Assembly (NCBI GenBank): GCA_977016875.1
Contig: CDRNST010000101.1
Location: 248,001-312,000, forward strand
Source of the DNA: Pavona decussata
Taxonomy: Eukaryota
Length of the DNA stretch: 64,000 nt
Direction: 5' to 3'
A program made the position numbers and the translations under genes. Below the pieces are notes generated by a model. It ran no database searches, was not told the DNA's origin, and saw nothing but the letters and a program-made list of their open reading frames with translations. This document shows, piece after piece, positions 52,801 to 64,000 of this stretch. How positions within the stretch are numbered: position 1 is the stretch's first letter; each line of letters opens with the position of its first letter.

Positions 52801-53620
52801 TATTTCTCATGATCCCATTATAGTTATATGCAATATACTCACAATATTGGCTCATTGACAAGTATCTGTATGACTTTCAGTGTCGTTGAGCAGAAACGTA
52901 TAAAGTAGATACACATTAAATTGATGGTTACTTGCAAGTCCTCTGGTCTCAAGCACACATGACAGAACATGTCAGAAAAGTCTCCTGAGAGTGTATCATA
53001 CTTCTCTCAAGGAAGTCATTGAGGCGGATCCTGTCATGCTTTGAAGCAGAATCGAACACAACTCATGGTATAGTGTTCAGGCGAGATGACTGGGTGTTGT
53101 GGCAAAAACCAACATTCTTCATCCATCAGACGTTCTGCTCCGACAGTTTACATGCAAACCCCTTTCCTACGTATGCATCAATTCCTTTTCTAAACCTTCA
53201 GCTAACTTCAGCTCTCACTGTAGGCGACACTCAACAGACTCTAAACGTTTCAGGGCAACTGTATCATAGTTGACAGGCAACAGCAGTTGGTCGGCCTTCC
53301 CCAGGAGTCCCAGACACCACTCGGCAGCATGTTGCGTGTCCATTGCTCTCTTCTCACTGTGTGTGTATGACGGAGCTGTCTCCACTCAAACATCAAATGA
53401 GTCTGTCCAAGAACTTGCGCAGTTGCTGGCTGACATCCTCCTCAGTCTCCAACACTTGCACATACAGGATGCGCTTTCCTGGACCACTGGTGGTTGCTGA
53501 GGCTGGAATGGCAACCAACCTAGTGGCATTAACTTGGCATACTGCTCTGTGTGCTCCCCACGTCTGACTTCCACCAGTGCCATAAAATTTACAATGTCTA
53601 GACCCAGTAAAACATCCACT
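49842..53620 (-). mobile_element. Degenerate Kolobok element: transposase on minus, accessory gene on plus
   Basis: TTAA|AGGG terminus at 49838-49845. Transposase C-terminal remnants YKTRKQLAAIDWNYH...KDYGYI and RRIAPTITAVKPPTSRELFQQHKSRF (52197-52690). Right boundary approximate. Confidence 0.6.
50110..51620 (+). pseudogene. CXC + P2X7-ballast/nanor-like (KolX-type) accessory gene
   Basis: Exon SCRCKTAGQFCGEFCSCSWRKPCKN ending at a GT donor near 50245. Later PEWCKCGHCREMP...LCC and, past a stop, AFRKAAYR...GYLGKHKRRVCPSCCVWKIR..PS....YMGF. Confidence 0.75.
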
Positions 53621-53699
53621 GTTTAATCACCAAATGCAAATGCGCATAGCATTGCTTGACTTCTGGCCAGTTAATAGCCTCCACAGGCTCGCATATGTT

Positions 53700-55394
53700 C
53701 TTGAGTGTTGACTTAAAGTATTTTGTGAAAAACTAAAAACATGAGGCTGCATGAGGCTGGCATAAATTGCATTTTTCATTTTTGACAGGTTGCCAACATC
53801 GCTCCTGATGGCTCTGCCATAATAATTTTGGAGCCTGTCAATCATCCTGTCTGTCAGCTTTCCTTTTCCACCCGTACCTTTTTTCTCTTTCTTAAGTTTC
53901 CTTAAAGCTGTCCCCACACGCTTTTGGACATGTCCAAGACATTCTTTCTTTACAACTTTAAGTCCATTGTCCATGTAAGTGTTCTCTACTCCATTGAAGC
54001 CCTTACTATCCCCATCCCCATAATATTCAGTGTATTGCAATTTATGCCTTTCTTCGCTCCTGTCAAAAATTCGCTTCACCCCCTCTGTTTCCATTGCTGG
54101 AGCTGAGCCTTTAAAATTTGCTTTGCATCTTGCTGCGTGGTTTAGTTGCCACTCCTGCTCTGCTTGCAAGTCATTGCTGGGCTAATGCCTTTGACAGGTC
54201 TGACAGACTTTGTTCAGTACTTCGACATCAAGGCATTTGCCGGTATCAATGGACAGTACTGCAACACAGCCATTCAGTGATGAATGTCCCCTTTTTTGCC
54301 AAGTTCCATCACAAGAAACCCCAGTTTGAAAATCCATTCAGATCTTGACCATTCAAATTGTGGGTTTCTTTTTTGACATCATTCATGGTCTTATTTGCCA
54401 CAGATTTGGATGCTTTGAGCAATGCTTTGTTGTGTTTACTGTATGCCTTTGGTTTTGGTGGAGGAGGCATGTTCTTAATTTCACAAAATCTCTTGGCTGA
54501 TGCTTCCCCTTGCCCAATTGTTCTCATTCTATAATCAAGTATTCTGTTAACCTCATAGAATCTAGAAATCTTTTTTTGACAAGTAAAATCAATGATCCCA
54601 CCCACAACTCAGACATAATAAACTAAGACAGGATGCACTGCCATGCCTTCGAAAGGATATCTCAGAGAACTGAATGTTTTGCTCACCACATTCTTGACAA
54701 CAAATAAGGCTGAACACGTTAGCCAAAATTTCCATATCTATCAAGCGATACCCAGTCAGGTTGCTGCTGCCAGTTTGTTCTTTTTTGTCTCCCTTAGCCT
54801 CAAGTTTGGGTCCGATTTTCCGTTCTGAGGCGGACTGATTGCCTACGGTAGTTGCTTTTATGCTGATCGCCACATCTTCGATTTTCTGTGATTTTGTAGT
54901 TCTCTGAGTATGCTGATTCCCCTGGAACTTGCGTTTACGAGATCTATGGCCAGTTCTAGCCATCAAATCTAAAATTTTTGTTGAAACTACAAAAGAAACC
55001 TAAATTTAACTTGAAAGAAAGTGAAGACAGCACGTTTCTCGATCGAAAGCAAAATTGTCAAATTATTTTTTGCCAAAGCAATAATACGGCCAGCGGTTAT
55101 AGCCACAAGACCTTAAATACGTCATATAACTATCACAGAGTATGTTGCCTTAGGAAAGAGTCCCAGTTCCTTTAAAATTTTGGAACAAAGAGTGTAAACA
55201 ACCGTTGCTAAGGGCGTTTCTAAGGCAAAATAATTGGACAGACGAATAGTTTTGACAAATTATGTCTTCGTATGACATTTTTCCCCAAAAACACCACGGA
55301 ATAATGTAAGAAATGGTTAAAGTGTCCACTTATAGCATTTTTAAAAAATCGGCCAAGTGTACAAAAAATGCGATTTTTAGGGTATAAGACCACC
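53700..55394 (-). mobile_element. Second Kolobok (Mutator-like transposase domain), 5' portion
   Basis: TTAA|GGTGGTCTTATACCC terminus at 55398. GYRLIDMEIL..C..C and YEVNR, then C.ANFKGSAPAMETEG...YYGDGDSK...KECLGHVQKRVG...LQNYYGRAIR. Confidence 0.85.
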
Positions 55395-57339
55395 TTAAAT
55401 GTCCCCACAGATTCTTCGCAGTTCCTACACATATCAAGAACAAAGCAATATGCTCGCAACTTTGTGGCTCTTCTTAATTAGGCTATTGTTCCTGTCTGTT
55501 GAATTTGCTTCTTGGTCTTCCTGCAAAGTTCTCGCCTTTTCTCAATCAAGCTGAAACGAACATCATTCTTCATGGCTGCCAAAGTGAATGCCCAAAGGAA
55601 TAAAGAGACCCTTTGTGCAATAAAATCCAGCAGAGTTGCTTATTTCTCGATGGCACGCTTGAATTGCATGAAATTGTGATGTGAACACCCATAAGCAGCT
55701 AAATAGTTTTTTACGTCCCATCAATGGTTTCCTTTATTTTTGAACGAAAATTCCATGCAAAGGAAAACCAGTACATGCGGCTCAGTTAGTGCCTACACTG
55801 TAATACAACTATTCAGGAAACTTTGTTACTCTTTGAGTTTTGCTTACTTGCTTGTATTTTTAATCTCTAAGCAACAGTTCTTCTTTTTCCTCTACACTAG
55901 TCTGGGAAAAACTTTTTGTGTCTTGGTAGTCTATTACCTTGTGAAGGGGTGTTACTAAACAGAGTAACGAAGTAACGAGAAACGAGTAACGGGAAAAAAT
56001 GACAGGGTTAAAAAAAATTTAAAGGTAGAGAAAATTAAAAATAAATCAAATTACAGATTCTTTTAATTTAGGACACAACAAAAATAGAAATGTGACAGGG
56101 AAGCATTTTTTAATATGTCCTGTGACCAAAACAGGTCTTGCAAAACGGGAGTGCAAAGATTTTTCACATTGTTTTGAATGCCAAGACAGATGCCTGAGAG
56201 GAAAGGAGGCTGTTCCCCACTCATGGGTTATGGAAGTACAATTCTGTTCATTTTCTGGCCCTGTGCGACTTCTGTTGAACGTTTTCCCTGTTACTTGATC
56301 ATCGCCTGACACAAACTGATAATCGGTAAGGCTTGGGGGAAGGTAAATCTCTTAGCTAATATTTTGATGTAGGAAGTATGCATTACAATGAAGAGTATAT
56401 GTAGTGGAAAAATGTTTTTGATGATAACTTAAAGCAGTTAGCTTCCCAGCACATCGATATTCTAAAAACTATTCAGACATTCTTGGAAATTTCAATGTGA
56501 TTTAATTCCTTGTCATTTAGTTTTCATACATTTGTCTGTGAAGCCTATATTAAATGAAATAAATTCAGCGCACAGAGGTTAACAGAATGATTTATAGAAT
56601 TCAAATGAAAAGTCGACTAGTATTCATGTTTTTGAATATAGTTAGACCACTTTTCCCAGATTTTATAGATAAAATAGTTTACTTTAAGCTTTAGCCTTGA
56701 ATATAAGCTTAAGCCTAAGCTCATTATGCAAAGATTGAATTTTACAGCACAAGATCAAGACATGTTTTTGTCTTGCACAGACTAGTCGATTTTCAGTGAA
56801 ACTAAGCTTCCGTTATTTTGACACAAAGGCACTTTAATTTCCTTCCCTTCACTATTGCTGTCTAACATGATGATTTGGGTGATATCGGAAACATCTGGAA
56901 GATTTAAAAAGACAATGAGCCGTAATGCAGGTCAACAGGGATGTAAAATGGCCAGAAAATCATCAAAGTATTGTCTCGACATTCCTTAAGAAGCAGTCAA
57001 AAGGTTACTTCTTTCTCTGTTGTCGTCATTAGTGTAGCTATCCCTGTAGTCAAAACCAAGCTGTGCAAAAAATGGTAGAAAACCTTTGCACTTAGACTGT
57101 ACCTTCTGCTACAGAAGCCATGATCCCATGTGCTGAGAAAAGTGACTACTCTTTTGATCATTTGCCATTATGGGACAAAAATACCTTGTACAATCAAGAA
57201 ATTAAACAAAGCACCCTAAAACGGTACTTGTATGATTCTTATTTCTGTTATGGGTAACTTAATGAAAAGAATCTGTAAATTTGATTTATTTTTAAATTTC
57301 TCCATTTTTAATATTTTTAACCCTTTAATTTTTTTCCCA

Positions 57340-58130
57340 TTATTCGATATTTCGTTTCTCGTCGGTCATAACACCTTACATGTAGTAGCAAAGAAAAGTG
57401 AATTCTTATTTTGAGCTCCGCAGTTGTCCGCATGAAGTTGCACTTCTGTCCCATGCAGTCCATGGCACTGGAAGAAGTAGTGTACATACGAAATCAAACC
57501 ATTGGCACGTATTCCAGTTATCACATCTTTGTCAATGAGAAAATTCACCTGTCTAGGTATAGCTTTGCAGCAAACATCAAATATGGCGCATTCCTGTGGG
57601 GTAAATAGGCCCTGGCTGATTTGGATTTGCAGGATAATGTTGGTGGTAAATACGTTCATTCGATGCCAGACAACAGTTCTTATAAATATCCCTTTCTCCT
57701 GTGGCGAGACTTTTTGAACTTTGGGTAGATTTCCAGTTTTCTGAATTAAATATCTGTTTCTCTGGCAAGTCTAGCATAAGTCTGTGGCAGGTCGAATAAT
57801 TACAACAAAAGGGCGAAGTTGATTCCAAAGATCACAGAACTTCTAGTATCTGACAGAGTGTTGGCCCTGGCTTGTACTGATTTCTGTATGCATTTTTTAA
57901 AGGCCATGTTTAGTTAAAACTGATGGCAGCAATTTAACACCAACTCTTTTAAGTCCAGGTACACGTCCAGGGAGAAGGAGCGCTTGCTGTTCAGCGATGT
58001 TCATAATAAAGTTAACTACTTGTTCTACAGTTTCAGCAGAAAATGCACTACTCGGAAGTCACTGCTTGCTTCCATGCAGACGCAAAGTCAGTCCGTTCTT
58101 CCTAAGTGTTTAACAAGGTTACAGAATCTG
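57340..58130 (-). pseudogene. Sola-type transposase remnant
   Basis: LHG..., AEQQALLLPGRVPG.K...KLLPS, NPNQPGPIY, IPRQVNFLID...ANGLISYVH...LHADNCGAQNKN. Confidence 0.75.
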
Positions 58131-58952
58131 TTTTTTTAGTCAGTTCACAACTGTATCACAGAACATCTTAGTTTCAACGCAGTTTGCCTATAAAGGTGGA
58201 GTTTACGACTGGCTACTGGTCGTTTGAAAACGAAAACAAACCAGCGATATCGCCAAACTAGGGATTCCGAAGGAAGGTGAGATAATTTCTTATTGTTACT
58301 CTTTCGCGCGCTTTGGCGCGTAATAATCGCTTTGCCCCTAGCAAATTCTAGGTTTTGTAGTGGTGTGTATAAACTGCTGACGTTTCGATGTGAGGCATTT
58401 CTAATTATGCTTTCACTAATGTTTCATTAACAGATACTTACAAAGCATTGGCTACAGAGAGTTTTGTAGATTGGTATATGGATTTATGGGAAACAAACGA
58501 ATCCCGCTACCCTCGTGTGCTCTCGCTGCCATACGGAAAGAATTTCCAGTCACGGGGGGCAAATCTTATACCGGGTTTGCCCAGGACGAAGAACAGTAGC
58601 GTAAAAATTTTAATATTTGTTACTATGTTTTTATTATACACAAGTTTTACAAGGTTGATAATAAATACACCAATATTTATATATTTTAACAGAATAGGGG
58701 GTGGAGATTTGCTTTGGGGTGGGGGTTGTCAGTAAAAAAAAAGCATTTGAAGCCAATTTGCTTTGAAACCACTGGAGTTTGTGATAACTTGATTTGACAT
58801 CACAAAGATTAAAGATTGCAAAAATTTGTAAATTTTAAGAATGCTCGCTCAATGTACAACTGCATTGTTCTCGTTCTCAGATAATAGTGGGAGGGAAGTG
58901 TAAATGTCTTTGTGGGGCTTATTTTCTCCTCTCTTGTGCCACTAATAATATT

Positions 58953-59130
58953 GTAGCCTAGGACCAGGCTCCATAGTGGGGCATAGGGCTGGCAAAAGAG
59001 TTAAGGGGGAAAAACACTGAGGAGACGAGGGGGTGTTGGAAAGGGGACATTCCCTCTTCAAGACCCCTCTAGGCTTCTTTTTTTCCCCTCTACAGTCTTA
59101 TGCTCTATGCCCTACCAAAGAGCCTGGTTA
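58953..59130. mobile_element. MITE
   Basis: TAGCCTAGGACCAGGCTC pairs with GAGCCTGGT. Confidence 0.5.
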
Positions 59131-59569
59131 ACCCCATTGGGATGCCTGTTACTAATATATATATTTAGCCAAGCCTAAAGGCGGAGCTTCACAATTCCTT
59201 TTTAATAGCATTTATATACATGCTACTCTGCTTATTGTATGAACGTAATAACGTTACAAATTCTTCATCCTGCCTTGAGTTGTACATATCAAGCAAACTT
59301 TTTACGCGTCAGTGGAAAATGTTTTGAACCATAAGCTGTTCTTGTTGATCGTGCAAGATCACATTGCTGAATTCCGATGACATTCGAGAGCATAAAACAC
59401 TTGTGGATGAAAAAATTACGTTCTCTCTCTAATATTTCTCCTGTGGAAATTATTAATAAAGTGTAAAGTTTGAAATGTGCACAATAAAGAAAATTTGGCT
59501 ACCACTTAATGTTTCCACGCGTGCAATTTGGCCACTCGGATAAAAATAAAATATTTGTTTCAAAAGTTA

Positions 59570-60162
59570 TTACTTTGTAAATATTCCTCATACAGAAATA
59601 TTTATAGTCTCATAATAAACGTTACAAGAAAAGAAATAAAGAAAAATGTTTGGTTATGGTTCGAAATATTTGAACGTTTACTTTAAAATTAGGGCGTACT
59701 GTTCCTAAAGACATAATTCTAGTCTCTAACTAAAATGTAAGAAAATAATAGAGGAAAAATAATGTTTGGTTGTGGCCCGAAATATTTCAGTGAGCGCTTA
59801 AAATTAAAGCGCGTTTGCAAAACTTATACGCTGCGAATTGCGAATGAATTACACAAGTCCAACACAAAATGTTCAAAACAATTCATAACCCTGTGAATAT
59901 TTCTCTTCCAGAAATAATTGTAGTCTCGTAGTGAACGTTAACAAAAGGAGAATACAGGAAAAATAATGTTTGGCTGTGGCCTGAAATATTTCATTGAGGG
60001 CTTTAATTAAAAATTAGAGCGTGTTTACAAAACTTATGTGCTGCGAATTGCGAATGAATTACGCAAGTCCAACACAAATTGTTCAAAACAATTCATAACT
60101 TTGTGAATATTTCTCATACAGAAATAATTCTAGTCTCTTAGTAAACGTTAACAAAAGGAGAA
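59570..60162. repeat. Degenerate tandem repeat, unit up to ~190 bp, 3-4 copies
   Basis: Recurrent AGAAATAATT.TAGTCTC...AACGTTAACAAAAGGAGAAT...AATGTTTGG.TGTGGCC.GAAATATTTCA. Confidence 0.8.
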
Positions 60163-60899
60163 TGTGCAGTTCCAGAAAATATCCATACCCCCCACGGATG
60201 TTTTTTTTATTTTAACCCCCTACCCCCTCGGAATGTCCGTTCCAGAGGGTTTATGATCAACCCCCCACCCCTCCGGAATTTCCCCATTTTTAAAACCCTC
60301 TTTCCTGAACCCCTCGGAAGTTCAAAATCCATTTAGACTAAGAAAATTGACGACTCACACTATTACGGCCAATTTTTGTAAATTATTGAAGCAATGTCGA
60401 CTACTCTAGTTTAACTATTTACAACACTTTGCTATATTACTTGTTTATCCTTTTCCAAAAATTATATAAAAAAAAAATTGGAAAAAATCTAAAATGGTCG
60501 ATCTTTTACGTCAATAAAACACGGCTTAATTCTTTGTTGTTGCGTAGTTTACGTTTATAACCTTCTTGAGCGCTTAAGAAATTATAATCTCTATCACGTT
60601 ACAACTTTTCTTTTTCACCTAAAAACGACGGCCTTAAATTCCATTTTCGTTATGATTACCTCTGCAGAAAAACGTTTGCTATTACCGCAAAGAAACTGCT
60701 ATGAATATAAGTTGCACATTGAATATACGATGCTGGATTTTAATTTATCAAGTAGAATTTGAAGAACTTTGAAAACCCAGTCGAAAACTGGCTGCATGCA
60801 CAAGAGTTGAAACTCGCCTTCAATTTGTAAACAGTTTCACAAGGTTCTCCTTTAAAAAATTCAAAATTAATTAGCCGTGGAGTTAGTCTCGGCACTTAA

Positions 60900-62724
60900 A
60901 GGGATACTCTAGCCCCCAAAACAACTTTCCAAATTCAAAAAGCTTATGACCCAAATAAAAGATATTTACCAAATTTGGAGTTCGATCTCCGCTATTTTGC
61001 CTAGAAAAACGAAAAGTTTCTCGCCATGGGATTCGAAGGAGCGCTTGGGCCGAAAACTGGAAATGACGTAGAAAGAAGAACTCGCCAAACCTTTTCCGGT
61101 TAGATTCCTCTGGATTTCTTTAGCAAGATTCGGTAAATGGCTTGATTTTAAAATTCCAAAATAAAATGTATAGTTCGTGTTTTGAGGAAAATGCAATAAT
61201 ACCGTATCGATTTATGGTTGCTTTATGCTCAATTCTAGTAACAACGGTAAAGGTCTTAATAATTCGCATTTCTTTCGGGTTTTGTACGGGTGGTTCGGAC
61301 ACACGTGATTCGATTTGTTTACTAACCCCACGACTTCTGCTCACTTTTCTGAAGGCTGTTCTCAACCACAAATTATCACAGCTGTGTCTGTGGAAAGATA
61401 AAAAGCTCACAAAACGCCATTTCAATCTTGTTTTAAAGAAGGACTATCAGAAAATAAGAGCATAGGCCCGGTGGAGGACAGCACGTCCAATGAAGCCGCT
61501 CGCGCGAGACAGATTGCAAAACAAGCTACTCCACCAGAACTAGCTAGGGTTCACTGTATGTTTGAAAAATAATAAGAAATTGTTATTGCAGTGCAGCCTG
61601 AAGAAAACTAGCATTAGCCGATAATGATACTTAAGCTTACCTTTTGAACACGCGCAGTTATTTCATTAACCTTGTTCAGTTCAGGTACGCGACTCAGTCA
61701 TATATATTCGCTGTATCCACGGCGCGACAGGGCAAAATGACCAACAAAGGTGAACACCGGTTTCTAAATCAGCATAATATCAAAGGTAAAGGCCTTATTT
61801 TGCTTTAAAATGGAAAACAACGAAAAATTGCCAGTATCATTACTTAGCGGAACAAATCTCTGTAAAGTGAGCTCGGATGCGGTATTAATAGAACGCAATA
61901 TGCAATATGGAAGGAAAGGTATAAACTCGTTTAATGTCCCAAAAGGCCCAGCACAACACAATGACTTCCGAATTTATTTATGGGCTTAGACTTTGTCATA
62001 GTATTGCTGTTTGTACAGGTACCGCTCCTGTAAAGTGTGAATCGTTATAATGAAAGCTGCCCACATCTCCAAGCTTTCGCTGAACTTTGTACGCTGCGTC
62101 TCTAACGGGCGAATTCCCGGGGTAAAATTTACGTGGATTTTTTTAAAAAATGTAACTAAACTGGATTTCAAATAACAACACCGTACCATAAAAAGGAAAC
62201 TTTAATGCTACTCAAAACGTATTCAATCGCCAATGAAATCTCATTGCTGATGTGAAATACACCGAATTTGCGATAGAATGCATAACTGGTCGCTTACCAA
62301 TCCGCTCTTAAACACCTCTTCGCACTCGTTTTGTAGAGTCCGTAACCGAGTTCACTTCGCTGTTACACGGCTAAACACATACGACAGAGCGCCTTCATAG
62401 CTCTGCTAACATAGCTCCGTCGGCAATTTCGATTGTACTATTTTGTTCAGAAGAAAAACAAGCAAAAGAACTGCGCTAATCCCCAGAATCCATATTCTCT
62501 TCAGTGTTGTAAACAAGAGCGGTTCTTCATTCTACGTCATCGATCACGTGCTTCACTAAAGACGATTTTTACTTCCGGTCTTCAAAAAGGGGAAAATTTC
62601 GCCTTTCTCCGGCAATTTTCGGCCTTTTATTTGTTTCTTTTGAACTTTTTGTGCCGTTTACCCTTTATTATAGTCCAAATGCTACCTTTTAAGCGAAAGT
62701 TGTTTTGGGGTCTAGAGTATCCCT
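60900..62724. mobile_element. Non-autonomous Kolobok (1.8 kb)
   Basis: 30-bp TIR AGGGATACTCTAG(C/A)CCCCAAAACAACTTTC with one mismatch. TTAA TSD at 60896-60899 and 62725-62728. Confidence 0.9.
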
Positions 62725-63409
62725 TTAATACTTATCTCTGTACTGAGTTCGTGAATGAAATGAATTCGAGAAAGAAAAGAAATTTGTGCTTTCAACATTT
62801 TATGTCAGGTTTTTATCAAATAAACTTCGCTGTTACACGTCCAACAGAATTCAATCTTGAGCAAAATTTGCATCCATCGGGAAAGTTTGGGTTTAGTGCC
62901 ACGGAATCAAATTTCAACTGCAATGTTCGTCAATATTAACTGGATGGAAATATCTCAGCAGAATCTTTTCCATTTTTTCCAGAAATCTTTTTTGTGAAAG
63001 ACTGGGGCCGCGGTAAAATAATTTTCCGTGGGAAATAAATTCATCAACCGGGACAGGGCTGACAGCACGCCCATTGTACATTTCATCGGGTCAGAAATAG
63101 ATCTCAACCGCAAACTAGCCTGTGGAACTACGAAAAGACCATGCTCATCAAAATAGTTGCTCTGTTCAGAAACCTTTTTAAATCCTCATTTGGTGCTACA
63201 ATACGAGTAAAGAGAGCTTTTACTTATTTCAAACTCGAACTTCAAATGATTGTGAAGTCACAGCCATGCATGGCATGATACAAGGCTGATTGATCGCGCC
63301 GCGAAGTCGAAGTTGAAAGAAAAATACCTGTCTCACACTACTTTCGCTTATCAGAAGGATTAACCAGACAACACTTCTACTATAAAATTGACTTTTTCCA
63401 GAATGATTC

Positions 63410-64000
63410 TGTCATAAGACTCGAGTCGAAAAGCGACGAGTGAGCGGGTTATTCCAAAGTTCAATGTATGAAGTTCTAATGAGCATACGTGTCACGCGTC
63501 ACGCATAACATCCTAACGTGACATCTCCTCTTCTAAGACAGTTCGAAAATAAACGAGGTTCTAACAATTAAACAAGGTTCAAACAGTCCAAAGGTTTTGG
63601 GCGTGTGACTACAAAATCACCCAAAGGTTCTTTTAGTTTAAACTTGTAGTCAGTTTGACGGTGTCACTATACAGTTTCAATAAGACGCTGTGGTGGTCTT
63701 CGGACCCGTAGACTTCTTCTGATGGGTTGATTCGTTTGCGGGATATCAGGCTGTGATTCCATCTCTGGCGTTTCGATACCAGCATCAGTGTTTGGCTGCA
63801 TACAAGGATTTGACTCATCACTGGCTACTGTTTCCCATGCTGGGCTTGGGGCTGGCGATGCCTCTTCCTTGGTCGGCTGAAGATGGAAACGGTTTCGACG
63901 CATCTGCTTTCCATCTGGGGTCACCACAATGTACGAACGAGGAGTCTGGTGTTGTTGGACGACCACCGCAGGTGTCCAATCCCGTCCCCACTTCATTCGC
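63410..64000 (-). mobile_element. Gypsy/Ty3 LTR retrotransposon 3' end
   Basis: Pol tail WTPAVV...PRSYIV.TPDG..RRNRFHL...RRSLRVRRPPQRL. Polypurine tract AGAAGAGGAGA, then LTR TGTCA...TGACA (63523-63410) containing AATAAA. Confidence 0.85.

Noticed and set aside
62433-62939. 168-aa plus-strand ORF
   Set aside because: It crosses a Kolobok TIR boundary and has non-coding-like composition.

Overview
This is eukaryotic, AT-rich, repeat-saturated DNA with two N-gaps (27942-28510, 29929-30063). The transposon families and MITE styles suggest a cnidarian, probably a stony coral (inference). I found no conventional host gene, rRNA, tRNA or CRISPR array. The window is a nested pile of mostly degenerate transposons. 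DNA transposons: Tc1, MULE-like, piggyBac, pogo, P-like, EnSpm, hAT, Kolobok, Sola and several MITEs. Retroelements: L2/CR1, L1/Tx1, BEL/Pao and Gypsy. The most striking window-scale signal is orientation: about 21 of 23 orientable TE fragments lie on the minus strand, as expected for a flamenco-like uni-strand piRNA cluster transcribed from the plus strand. Other notable items: (1) a P-like transposase gene that can be rejoined across a nested insertion to carry a chromodomain and a Ulp1 protease; (2) a hAT transposase with an N-terminal vertnin-like OTU domain; (3) a Kolobok with a CXC + P2X7-ballast-like accessory gene; (4) an internally deleted L1/Tx1 with a perfect 15-bp TSD; (5) an apparently intact two-exon HIRAN mini-gene; (6) a palindrome-rich minisatellite. 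Family assignments come from motif recognition by eye, not from database searches.
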